DNA from: Magnetospirillum sp. WYHS-4
Lineage (GTDB): Bacteria > Pseudomonadota > Alphaproteobacteria > Rhodospirillales > GLO-3
DNA length: 64,000 bases
NCBI GenBank assembly: GCA_039908345.1
Contig: JAMOBD010000007.1
Span: forward strand, 14,743 to 78,742
Reading direction: 5' to 3'
Part shown: piece by piece, positions 28,789-37,400 of the stretch
How positions within the stretch are numbered: the first letter of the stretch is position 1
Layout of the letters: the number at the start of each line of letters is the position of its first letter
Made by a program: the position numbers and the translations under genes
Notes under the pieces: generated by a model
Database searches by the model: none
Told to the model about the DNA's origin: nothing
What the model saw: the letters and a program-made list of their open reading frames with translations, nothing else

Positions 28789-29385
28789 TCAATCCAGGTC
28801 GCCGGCCAGTTCCGCCCGCACGGATTCCGGCATCACCGCCATATGGGCGTAGTTGGGATGGCCGATGGCTACCACCACCCGCGTCCCCGCCGCCTTGAAG
28901 GTCGCCCGCTGCTCGGGCGTGAAGCGGAAGTGCAGGAAGTGGATGGACGACGTCTTGCCGTCCTCGGTGGTCCGTTCCACCTCCTTTTCCCAGTCGGCGG
29001 CGACCCGGCTACCGGCGAATTCGAGGGCGACGGTCTCCTCGATGCCGCCCAGGGTCATCAGGATCTGGGCACGGCGCACCGGGTCCTCGTATTCCAACAT
29101 GAAAGTAGCGACCAGTTCGTCGCCCTTGGGGACGAGGGGATTGTAGGCCGCCAGTTCGTCCTTCAACTGCTCGTCGCCGCCCTTTTCCGTCCACAGCATC
29201 TCGTGGACTTGATAGAGCATGGTGTCGAAGCACTCGAAGTGGAAGGTGGCGTTGGGGCCCACCGCCATGCGGCGGTTCTTCTTGCGGGCGATCATTTCCG
29301 CCCTGCGGTCCTTGCGGACGCGGCCGTAGTCGTCGATGGGCATGATGTCGGCGCCGGTGATTTCGCGCTTGCGGTGCATGGACAT
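28789..29385 (-). CDS. DUF3501-family protein
   Basis: 198 aa, last gene of the rubrerythrin/Fe-S operon. The family assignment comes from remembered synteny (rubrerythrin - CCG Fe-S protein - DUF3501) and overall sequence feel; there is no catalytic motif. Confidence 0.7.
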   Translation of the reverse strand: MSMHRKREITGADIMPIDDYGRVRKDRRAEMIARKKNRRMAVGPNATFHFECFDTMLYQVHEMLWTEKGGDEQLKDELAAYNPLVPKGDELVATFMLEYEDPVRRAQILMTLGGIEETVALEFAGSRVAADWEKEVERTTEDGKTSSIHFLHFRFTPEQRATFKAAGTRVVVAIGHPNYAHMAVMPESVRAELAGDLD

Positions 29386-29395
29386 GGTCTCCTCC

Positions 29396-30736
29396 TCACA
29401 AACCGTAGGCTTCGGCCAATACCTGGATGGGGTGCTTCAGCGACTTGAGACGGCTGGTGTCGCCGCCCTGGGCTTCGATGCCCTGCACGATATGCGATCG
29501 CGCCAAGGGACATTCGGAAACCAGGTAGGCATCGCCTTTCTCGGCGGCCTGCTTGGCGACCGGCTTGCCAATCTTCAGGGCCGTGTCGAAGTTCCCCTTC
29601 ATGATGCCCCAGGCGCCGCCGTGGCCGGAACAGCGCTCGATCACCGCCACCTCGACCTCGGGGATCAGCTTGAGGACTTCTTCCGCCTTGCGGCCCAGGT
29701 TCTGGGCGCGGGCATGGCAGGCGATATGAACCGTCACCGCGCCGTCCAGGGGCTTCAGGCCCGGCGCCAGCCCTTCCTTGCGGGCAATGGCCATCACGTA
29801 TTCGGGAATGTCGAAGGTGGCCTGGGCCAGCTTCTTCACCGCCGCGTCGTCAGGCACGATCAGGGGCCATTCGAACTTGAGCATCAGGGCGCAGGACGGC
29901 ACCAGGGCGATGACGTCCCAGCCTTCGTCGATCCACTTGCCCAATTCGGCTGCGATATGGCGCGCCTTGGCGGCGACACGGCCGATATCGCCCGTTTCCA
30001 ACTGCGGCATGCCGCAGCATTCGGGGTAGACCACCTTGGTCTCGACGCCATTCTTGGCCAGGACGGCGCGGGCCGCCATGCCGATGCCCGGCTCGTTGTA
30101 GTTGGCGAAGCAGGTGGCGTAGATCACCGCCTTGCGCCCGAAAGCCGGGGCCTCGCGGTTGACTTCCGCCGGTTCCGCCGCCGCGCGGTCGACGAATGTG
30201 CGCGATGCGAAGGCCGGCAGATCGGCCTTGCGGTCCACCCCCGCCACCGCCTCCATCAAGGGCCGGGTCAGCGCGTTGCCGCGCGCCGAGGCCCAGTTCA
30301 CCACCCCCGACAGGGCGCCGCAGTTGAGGCGGCCGTTGCGGTCGGTCTCGGTGAGCTGGCGGTGCGCTAGGCCGACCTCGCCCCGCTTCGCCTGGGCGGC
30401 GCGGTAGCGCAGCATCAGGTGCGGGAAGTCCAGATCGAACTGGTGTGGCGGCACGTAGGGGCACTTGGTCATGAAGCACAGGTCGCAAAGGGTGCAGGCA
30501 TCGACGACCGGCTTGAAATCCTTGCTATCGACGCTATCCAATTCGCCGGTCGGCGCACCATCGACCAAGTCGAACAGGCGCGGAAAGCTGTCGCAGAGGT
30601 TGAAGCAGCGACGGCAGCCGTGGCAGATGTCGAACGCCCGCCGGATCTCGGCGTCCAACTTGACGGGATCGGTGAAGTCCGGGTCCTGCCAGTTGATCCA
30701 GTGGCGGACGGGCGCCTCAAGGCTACCTTCGCGCAT
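29396..30736 (-). CDS. (Fe-S)-binding protein, heterodisulfide-reductase/GlpC-like with CCG domains
   Basis: Track ORF 29396..30919 (TTG); Met at residue 62 ([13 protein letters not shown]) gives 30736. Two ferredoxin-type clusters are present ([15 protein letters not shown]; [13 protein letters not shown]), plus CCG-type motifs ([15 protein letters not shown]). Confidence 0.85.
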   Translation of the reverse strand: MREGSLEAPVRHWINWQDPDFTDPVKLDAEIRRAFDICHGCRRCFNLCDSFPRLFDLVDGAPTGELDSVDSKDFKPVVDACTLCDLCFMTKCPYVPPHQFDLDFPHLMLRYRAAQAKRGEVGLAHRQLTETDRNGRLNCGALSGVVNWASARGNALTRPLMEAVAGVDRKADLPAFASRTFVDRAAAEPAEVNREAPAFGRKAVIYATCFANYNEPGIGMAARAVLAKNGVETKVVYPECCGMPQLETGDIGRVAAKARHIAAELGKWIDEGWDVIALVPSCALMLKFEWPLIVPDDAAVKKLAQATFDIPEYVMAIARKEGLAPGLKPLDGAVTVHIACHARAQNLGRKAEEVLKLIPEVEVAVIERCSGHGGAWGIMKGNFDTALKIGKPVAKQAAEKGDAYLVSECPLARSHIVQGIEAQGGDTSRLKSLKHPIQVLAEAYGL

Positions 30737-30827
30737 GGTTTCTCTCCCCCTTGTCGCGGAATCGAGTGGAATGGAAGGGTGGGAGGCGGCGGGAAGCGCG
30801 GCTCCCCGCCCGCCCTCCGTCCCGGAA

Positions 30828-31247
30828 TCAGCCGAGTTCGCCCAGCGCCCGCTGGAAGCGGCCGGCATGGGACTTCTCGGCCTTCGCGAGAGTCTCGAAC
30901 CAGTCGGCGATCTCGTCAAAGCCTTCGTCGCGGGCGGTCTTGGCCATACCCGGGTACATGTCGGTGTACTCGTGGGTTTCGCCGGCGATCGAGGCCTTGA
31001 GGTTGTTCGAGGTGTTGCCGATCGGCAGCCCCGTGGCCGGATCGCCTACCACCTCGAGGAATTCGAGGTGGCCATGGGCATGGCCGGTCTCGCCTTCGGC
31101 GGTCGAACGGAACACCGCGGCGGCGTCGTTGTAGCCTTCCACGTCCGCCTTCTGGGCGAAATAGAGGTAGCGACGGTTGGCCTGGGACTCGCCGGCGAAG
31201 GCGGCCTTGAGGTTCTCCTCGGTCTTGGATCCCTTGAGCTGTGCCAT
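30828..31247 (-). CDS. rubrerythrin-family (erythrin-like) diiron protein without rubredoxin domain
   Basis: Track ORF 30828..31340; Met at 31247 ([27 protein letters not shown]). ExxH diiron motifs are [13 protein letters not shown] and [12 protein letters not shown]. Confidence 0.9.
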   Translation of the reverse strand: MAQLKGSKTEENLKAAFAGESQANRRYLYFAQKADVEGYNDAAAVFRSTAEGETGHAHGHLEFLEVVGDPATGLPIGNTSNNLKASIAGETHEYTDMYPGMAKTARDEGFDEIADWFETLAKAEKSHAGRFQRALGELG

Positions 31248-31375
31248 GGTTCTCTCCCTTAGACTTGGTATGGAGGGAGCGCGCCCTGCGGGGGCCGCCC
31301 CGATGAAGATTAGGCTATCCTCTTGACGAAAATCGTTCAAACGAGTTATTTGATAATTATAAATCGAGGCGATCG
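31248..31375. promoter_or_regulatory. divergent promoter / probable OxyR operator region between the rubrerythrin operon and oxyR
   Basis: 128-nt intergenic region containing an AT-rich block (GAGTTATTTGATAATTATAAATCGAG) and CTAT/ATAG-like half sites next to the oxyR start. No consensus could be scored by eye. Confidence 0.4.
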
Positions 31376-32281
31376 ATGATTAATCTGCCCACCCTGCGCC
31401 AGCTCCGCTATCTGGTGGAATTGCTGGAAGCCCGTCACTTCGGCCGCGCCGCCGAAGCTTGCCTGGTGACCCAGTCGACCCTGTCGGCCGGACTTCAGGA
31501 ACTGGAGGGGTTGCTGGGCGTCCGTCTGGTGGAACGCACCAAGCGCCGCGTGGTCCCGACTCCCATCGGCCTGGAGGTGGCGGAACGGGCCCGCCGCACC
31601 TTGCAAGAAGCGGAAGGTTTGGTCGAGGCGGCGCGGGCGGGTGCGGAACCCCTGACCGGCGGCCTGCGCCTCGGGGTCATTCCCACCATCGGGCCCTACC
31701 TGCTGCCCCGCGTGCTTCCGGAACTCAGGCGCCGCTTTCCCGCCCTGCGGCCCTATCTGCGCGAGGACCAGACGGCGCGCCTGCTCGACCAGTTGGCGGC
31801 CGGCGACCTGGACCTGCTGATCCTGGCCTTCCCCTACGATACGCCGCAGGCGGAAACCATGATGGTGGCCGACGATCCTTTCTGGCTGGCCTGTCCCCAA
31901 GGCCACCCCCTTGCCCGGCGCAAGAACATTTCTCCGGACGAGATTCCGCCCGCCGAGCTGTTGCTGCTGGAGGACGGCCACTGCCTCCGCGACCACGCCC
32001 TTTCGGCCTGTGGCCTGGAACGCGGCGCCGCGCGCGGGCGGTTCCAGGGTACCAGCCTGCATACGCTGCTGGAGATGGTGGCAGGCGGCATGGGCATCAC
32101 CCTGGTGCCCGGCATGGCGACACGGTCCCATCTGGTCGAGGCCAGTTCGGTGGAGGTCCGGCCGCTGGCCGAGACCGCCGCGCCGCGCAAGATCGGCCTG
32201 GCTTGGCGCCGGACGTCGGGGCGGCGCAAGGAGTTCCAGATGCTCGGCGGGGCCCTGAAGGAAATCCTCCAGGACCTCTGA
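31376..32281 (+). CDS. oxyR: LysR-family hydrogen-peroxide-responsive regulator OxyR
   Basis: N-terminal wHTH LRQLRYLVELLEARHFGRAAEACLVTQSTLSAGLQELE. The redox Cys pair sits in LLLLEDGHCLRDHALSAC, matching the C199/C208-type spacing. Confidence 0.88.
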   Translation: MINLPTLRQLRYLVELLEARHFGRAAEACLVTQSTLSAGLQELEGLLGVRLVERTKRRVVPTPIGLEVAERARRTLQEAEGLVEAARAGAEPLTGGLRLGVIPTIGPYLLPRVLPELRRRFPALRPYLREDQTARLLDQLAAGDLDLLILAFPYDTPQAETMMVADDPFWLACPQGHPLARRKNISPDEIPPAELLLLEDGHCLRDHALSACGLERGAARGRFQGTSLHTLLEMVAGGMGITLVPGMATRSHLVEASSVEVRPLAETAAPRKIGLAWRRTSGRRKEFQMLGGALKEILQDL

Positions 32282-32342
32282 CCGTGGCAACGCCCGCCTC
32301 CGCCATGGGGCAGGGCGACTGAAAATGTTTCGGCAGGGTCCC

Positions 32343-32921
32343 CTATTCCTCGCCGGGATGGCCCGGCGCGGGCGGCAGGCCTCGGAAGCGCTCGACCAGC
32401 GGACCAAAGGATTCCGGCGGTCCGCCGGCCACCAACGGGCGCGGGTGGAATCGTCCCATGACGGTCAGGCGGTCGTACATGACGACGGCCCCGGCCAGGC
32501 CCAGGTTGATGCAGAAGCGGGTGGGGATCTTCACCACGTGGCTGCAGCGGGCCAGCATGCCGGGCGTCAGCGAGCCCCGTTCCCGGCCCAGCACGTAGGC
32601 GGCGGCGCGCGGATGGGTGAAGCTGGGCAGTTCGACGGCGTCGGGCGTCAATTCGATGCCCACCAGTTCGCAGCCCTGGGGCAGCACCATCGCCTCCAAA
32701 CTGGGAAAGGCGTAGAAGGGCACCTGTCCGGCCACCTTGGAGGTATCGGCCAGATTCCCGGCTGCCTTTTCATAGGCCGCCGCCACCGTGAAGACGAAGC
32801 TGGCGCCGAAGGCGTTGGCGGTCCGGAACAGGGCGCCCGCGTTCTGCGACTTGCTGATGCCTTCGATGCCGATTCCGAAATAGCCGCGCATTCCGTCTTC
32901 TTCCTGTGCCCAAGGAAGCAT
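32343..32921 (-). CDS. TrmH/SpoU-family RNA 2'-O-methyltransferase
   Basis: Track ORF 32343..33074; the start is Met 32921 or 32891. GIGIEGISKSQNAGALFRTANAFGA, YVLGRERGSL and VKIPTRFCINLGLAGAVVMYD are SpoU motifs 1-3. Confidence 0.8.
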   Translation of the reverse strand: MLPWAQEEDGMRGYFGIGIEGISKSQNAGALFRTANAFGASFVFTVAAAYEKAAGNLADTSKVAGQVPFYAFPSLEAMVLPQGCELVGIELTPDAVELPSFTHPRAAAYVLGRERGSLTPGMLARCSHVVKIPTRFCINLGLAGAVVMYDRLTVMGRFHPRPLVAGGPPESFGPLVERFRGLPPAPGHPGEE

Positions 32922-33070
32922 GGTATTCGGGAAACCGCCCGACAGGAAGCGGTGGAACAAGGAAACGATCCGCCTTATCGATGTCCTGAACTTCCGGTGC
33001 AGCAGGACAGTGGGACCGAGGGCGGGATCGCCGGCCCTCGGCTTACCCGAAGAGACTTTTGCCTCGATGT

Positions 33071-33265
33071 TCACGCCACCCGGAACTGGATGCCCTTGAG
33101 GTCGGTGACGTGGCGGGAGGCGTCTAGGATTTCAAGGCCCATCAGGCTGCCGTCGGCGTCGTAGTCGAGGATGACGCCCGGCTTGTCCTCGTCGGACTCG
33201 GCGACCGGGCCCTCCTTGAAGACGACGCTTAAGGTATCGGTCCGGGGGTCGTAGGTCACATTCAT
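33071..33265 (-). CDS. DUF2283-domain protein (putative antitoxin)
   Basis: This is the last 64 aa of track ORF 33071..33664: MNVTYDPRTDTLSVVFKEGPVAESDEDKPGVILDYDADGSLMGLEILDAS. The ATG overlaps the upstream stop (ATGA). Confidence 0.75.
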   Translation of the reverse strand: MNVTYDPRTDTLSVVFKEGPVAESDEDKPGVILDYDADGSLMGLEILDASRHVTDLKGIQFRVA

Positions 33266-33525
33266 GGCAGCCTCGAATATTTGGCGATCCTGCTGGTCCG
33301 GTAAACGGTCACCACCTCGGGCGGCGATCGGTCGATGTCGACAAACACCCGCAAGAGATATCCGTCCGCGAGGACCGATTGTACCACTACCCGGCCGGGG
33401 CGCACGCGCGAACTTTCCTGCGGATGCTTCAGGATTTCGCGAACCGCCGCCTCGGTAACCTGGCGACGGGCCATTTCGGTCCTGGCGTGGTCGGTCAGGA
33501 TGGCGTTCGCGAGATCGTCGTTCAT
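33262..33525 (-). CDS. DUF4258-domain protein (putative toxin)
   Basis: 87 aa, MNDDLANAILTDHARTEMARRQVTEAAVREILKHP... This is the typical DUF4258 start (H-A..RM..R.I). It is paired with DUF2283. Confidence 0.75.
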   Translation of the reverse strand: MNDDLANAILTDHARTEMARRQVTEAAVREILKHPQESSRVRPGRVVVQSVLADGYLLRVFVDIDRSPPEVVTVYRTSRIAKYSRLP

Positions 33526-33662
33526 GGCGACACCAAAAGCCTAGGCAGGGCCTCACCCGACCTCGAACACGCCGTCGATTCCCACCCCCGATTCCGAGAA
33601 TAGCCGCGCACCTGCGTGGTTTCCCTTGCCTTGTGGCCCCCGGGCCGTAACCTTGGGGGATC

Positions 33663-34883
33663 ATGAGCGACGATCCCGTCCGCGTCCAGTACGAGGCCTA
33701 TCCCTATCCCGCCCGCGATCCCAGGGACGAGGCCAAGCGGCTCGTCACCGGCTCGCCCAGCTACCTGGCCGAGGCGAACCATTACCTGTTCGGTGGCCGG
33801 CGCGACACCGCCAAGCCCTTCCGCGCCCTGGTCGCAGGGGGAGGGACCGGGGATGGGACGATCATGCTCGCCCAGCAGTTGGCCGACGCGGGCGGCCCCG
33901 CCCAGGTGGTCTACACCGACCTGTCGTCCGCGTCCCGCGCCATTGCCGAGGCCCGCGCCAAGGCGCGCGGCCTGACCGACATCCGCTTCGAATCGCTGTC
34001 CATCCTCGATCTGCCGGGCTCGGGGCTCGGGCCCTTCGACTACATCGACTGCTGCGGCGTGCTGCACCACCTGGAAGACCCGGCGGCCGGCCTGAAGGCC
34101 TTGGAAGCGGTTCTGGCCCCCGAGGGCGGTATCGGCATGATGCTTTACGGCGAGTTGGGCCGCATCGGGGTCTACCATGTCCAAGGTATGCTGGGCCTTA
34201 TCGACGACGGCGCCGCGCCGGGGCCTGATCGCCTTGCGCTGGCAAGGAAGCTGCTGGCCCAGTTGCCGCCCACCCACTGGCTGAAGCGCAATCCCTTCGT
34301 CGGCGACCATCTGGACGGCACCGACGCCGGGCTCTACGACCTGCTGTTGCATCGGCGCGACCGCGCCTACCGGGTGCCGGAGATCGCCGCGCTCGCCCGA
34401 TCGGCCGGCCTGGAGGTGGCGGCCTTCGTCGAACCCGCCCGCTACGATCCCGCCGCCTACCTGAGCGACGCCCGCCTGTTGGAGCGCACCGCGGCCCTGC
34501 CGTATCTGGAACGGGCCGCCTTCGCCGAACTGCTGGCCGGCAACCTGCGCAAGCACGTCTTCTATCTGGCCCGGCCGGGCCGTACCGCCGTGGCTGATCC
34601 TTACGACCTGGCGGCGGTGCCGGTGCTACGCGACCTGGACGGGGCCGCCTGGGCCAGGGCCTTCCGGCCGGGCGGCAGCCTGACGGCCAACGTCGACGGC
34701 ATAGGCTTCCGCTTTCCCCTGCCCAACTTGGCTGGGGCCATGGTGGCACGCATGGAAGGGCGGCGCCTTGCCGACATCCAAACCGACCTGGGCCTGGACG
34801 AGGCCACCTTCATCCAAGCCTGGACACCGCTCTACCGGGCCTTCAACGGCCTGTCGAAGCTCTACCTGAGCTTCCGACCATGA
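33663..34883 (+). CDS. class I SAM-dependent methyltransferase
   Basis: Motif I ALVAGGGTGDG; post-I VVYTDLS; CCGVLHHLEDP. The 406-aa protein has a long C-terminal extension. Its stop overlaps the next gene's start (ATGA). Confidence 0.75.
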   Translation: MSDDPVRVQYEAYPYPARDPRDEAKRLVTGSPSYLAEANHYLFGGRRDTAKPFRALVAGGGTGDGTIMLAQQLADAGGPAQVVYTDLSSASRAIAEARAKARGLTDIRFESLSILDLPGSGLGPFDYIDCCGVLHHLEDPAAGLKALEAVLAPEGGIGMMLYGELGRIGVYHVQGMLGLIDDGAAPGPDRLALARKLLAQLPPTHWLKRNPFVGDHLDGTDAGLYDLLLHRRDRAYRVPEIAALARSAGLEVAAFVEPARYDPAAYLSDARLLERTAALPYLERAAFAELLAGNLRKHVFYLARPGRTAVADPYDLAAVPVLRDLDGAAWARAFRPGGSLTANVDGIGFRFPLPNLAGAMVARMEGRRLADIQTDLGLDEATFIQAWTPLYRAFNGLSKLYLSFRP

Positions 34884-37003
34884 CGCTACGCCGCAAGTTC
34901 CTGCTGGTGCTGCTGCCCATCGCTCTGCTGCCCCTGGGACTGGTGGTGCTGCACGACCTGTGGGCGCTACGCGACCTGGGGCGGGACTTGGCGGAACGTT
35001 CCGGCCGCACCCTGGAGGCGAATCTCACCGCCCAGGTCCGCCATGCCATCGATTCAGGGGCCGCCATCCTGCGCCATCAGAAGGAACTGGTGGAATTCGC
35101 CCTGCTGCTGCAAGCCCGCGAAGCGGCTGCCCGCCTGGATCGCCCGCCGCCACCCGTCGAATTCCGCGGTGAAATCCTCTACCCGACCGCCTTCGAGAAC
35201 CGCGAGGGCCGGCGCCCGTCCGGCATCAAGCCCTCCCCCCTGCACCGCATCCTGGGGCCGGACGGCAAGCTGGTTGCCCAGGAAGTCAGCTACGAGGTGC
35301 CCGTCTTCCTCCTGGCCCCTGGTATCGAACCCGAGGCGGTGTCCGAGGACCTCGCCCGTCTGTCCACTCTGCAGCCCGCCTTCCGTGGCCTGGCTCACGG
35401 ACGCGAGGGGTTATTCTACCGCCAATTCGTCACCCTCGATTCGGGTGTGCATGTGGGTTATCCGGGCCACGGCGATTACCCAGTCGGCTACGATCCTCGC
35501 GAAAGGCCCTGGTTCCGAGGGGCCCGCGAGAGTGGCAGCCTGACCTGGAACCGGCCGGTCTTCGACGCTTCCAGCCGACGCCTCGCGGTCACCGTCTCGG
35601 TCCCCGTGATGCGGCGTGACGGGACCATTGCCGGCGTGACCGGCATCGGCCTCGATGCCTTGGGCCTGCTGGACGGCATCAAGGACCGAACCGGCCTGCC
35701 CGACGGGGCCGAGTTCCTGTTGGTCGATCTGGCGGAGCGCGACAAGGGCGGCGAGGGCATCCGGATCATGGTGCGGCGGTCCGACATCGACCGGGACTGG
35801 CAAAGCCTGCCGGCCACCGAATGGCTGGAAAGCCCGGACGGCAAGACGCTGGCCGGGGTGCGCGCCGATCTGGCGGCCGGCAGGGCCGGGGTGCGCCAGT
35901 TACCCTTGGCGGGTGCCGACACTCTTTGGGCCTATGCGCCGGTGGACGATTTCGATACGGCGCTGCTGATCCTGCTGCCGGTCCGGGAAATCGCCCAGCA
36001 GGCGGCCGTGGCCGAGGCCGCCGTTTGGGAGACGGCACGTCGCCAAGCCATCGTGACCACGCTTTTCGCGCTGGTCATGACGGGTATCGCCTTGGTGCTC
36101 GCCGTCGCCGGAGCGCGGGCCGTGACCCTGCCGGTGCGTCGCCTCGACGAGGCCGCCCGCCGCTTGGCTGCCGGGGACCTGGATGTCCATGCCGATGTCG
36201 GGTCGCGCGACGAACTGGGCCGGCTGGCGGAAACCTTCAACGCCATGGTGCCGCGGCTCAAGGATCAGGTCCGGCTCAGCCAGTCCCTGGCCCTGGCCAG
36301 CGAAGTGCAGAACAACCTGCTGCCCGCCGCACCGCCAGACTTCGCCGGATTCGACTTGGCGGGCGCCAGCTTGTCCTGCGACGAAACCGGAGGCGATTAC
36401 TTCGACTTCATCCATCTGCCCGGTAACCGCCTGGGGGTGGCGGTAGGCGACGTCACCGGGCACGGCGTCCCCGCCGCGCTCTTGATGGCAACGGCGCGTG
36501 GCCTGATCCGCGCCCGCGCCGACCGGGCCACGGGGCTTGCCGACCTGCTGGACGGGGTCAATCTGCAGTTGGCCCAGGACGCCCTGGCCGGCCGCTTCAT
36601 GACCCTCGCCATCCTGCTGCTGGAAGCCGGCTCGCGCCGCCTCGCCTGGGCCAACGCCGGCCATGAGCCCATCCTTGTCTTCAACCCCGACGGGGGCGAG
36701 TTTTCCGAGTTGGCGGGCGAGGATCTGCCGCTCGGAATCGACGGCGGCTGGCGCTTCGCCGACAGCGTGACCGACGACTTGGCCACGGGTTCGATCCTGG
36801 TCATGGCCACCGATGGCGTGACCGAGTTGCGCAACGGTGAAGGTGCCATGTTCGGCCGCACCCGCCTGCAGGACACCGTCAAGGGCCACGCCCAAGGCAG
36901 CGCCTCCGATATCCTCACCGCGGTCAAGCGCAAGGCCATCGCCTTCGCCACCGGCACCCCCATCCGCGACGACGCCACCCTGGTGGTGGTGAAGATCCGG
37001 TAG
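34880..37003 (+). CDS. membrane sensor phosphatase: Cache-like periplasmic domain - HAMP - PP2C/SpoIIE (RsbU-type)
   Basis: N-terminal TM LLVLLPIALLPLGLVVL. Cache-like block YDPRERPWFRGA. HAMP VTLPVRRLDEAARRLAAGDLD...DELGRLAETFNAM. PP2C block ETGGDYFDF...GVAVGDVTGHGVPAALLMA...ATDGVTE. Confidence 0.85.
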   Translation: MTLRRKFLLVLLPIALLPLGLVVLHDLWALRDLGRDLAERSGRTLEANLTAQVRHAIDSGAAILRHQKELVEFALLLQAREAAARLDRPPPPVEFRGEILYPTAFENREGRRPSGIKPSPLHRILGPDGKLVAQEVSYEVPVFLLAPGIEPEAVSEDLARLSTLQPAFRGLAHGREGLFYRQFVTLDSGVHVGYPGHGDYPVGYDPRERPWFRGARESGSLTWNRPVFDASSRRLAVTVSVPVMRRDGTIAGVTGIGLDALGLLDGIKDRTGLPDGAEFLLVDLAERDKGGEGIRIMVRRSDIDRDWQSLPATEWLESPDGKTLAGVRADLAAGRAGVRQLPLAGADTLWAYAPVDDFDTALLILLPVREIAQQAAVAEAAVWETARRQAIVTTLFALVMTGIALVLAVAGARAVTLPVRRLDEAARRLAAGDLDVHADVGSRDELGRLAETFNAMVPRLKDQVRLSQSLALASEVQNNLLPAAPPDFAGFDLAGASLSCDETGGDYFDFIHLPGNRLGVAVGDVTGHGVPAALLMATARGLIRARADRATGLADLLDGVNLQLAQDALAGRFMTLAILLLEAGSRRLAWANAGHEPILVFNPDGGEFSELAGEDLPLGIDGGWRFADSVTDDLATGSILVMATDGVTELRNGEGAMFGRTRLQDTVKGHAQGSASDILTAVKRKAIAFATGTPIRDDATLVVVKIR

Positions 37004-37144
37004 GGCCGGGAGAGGCCCCAAGTTCATCGTGAGGGCCGTCCCGGGCCGACATCCCGGAGATGAGGGCAACCGGTTCCCGTTCAGGATTTCTTAATGCGTT
37101 TCCGGCTAGGCTGCGGCTCGTTCCAGAAGGAATGGGAGGACCAA

Positions 37145-37330
37145 ATGGGTTCCATCGGGAAAGAATGTCGCCTTGCCGCTCCGGCCGTCTCGCGGCCAGG
37201 CGACCCGACACAAGAGGATTGGCTCGCCATCCCCATCATGGAACGGGAGATGCTCCTCGACATGCTGGCCCTGGCCATCCTGGTCAACATCCAGCCCGAC
37301 GCCAGCGCGACGCACTACATCCAGTATTGA
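37145..37330 (+). CDS. hypothetical 61-aa protein
   Basis: Part of track ORF 37094..37330. The Met at 37145 is preceded by GGGAGG. GC3 is high, and the ORF is followed by a hairpin terminator. No homology was recognised. Confidence 0.4.
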   Translation: MGSIGKECRLAAPAVSRPGDPTQEDWLAIPIMEREMLLDMLALAILVNIQPDASATHYIQY

Positions 37331-37340
37331 TCGGAAGTGC

Positions 37341-37380
37341 GGAAAAGAAAAAAGGACCGCTTGCGCGGCCCTTTTCCTTT
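37341..37380. terminator. bidirectional rho-independent terminator (serA on the minus strand; small ORF on the plus strand)
   Basis: AAAAGGACCGC-TT-GCGCGGCCCTTTT hairpin (one A.C mismatch), flanked by an A-run on the left (T-run on the minus strand) and TTTTCCTTT on the right. It lies 20 nt below the serA stop. Confidence 0.6.
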
Positions 37381-37400
37381 GTCCGTATGGTTCCGGGTTC

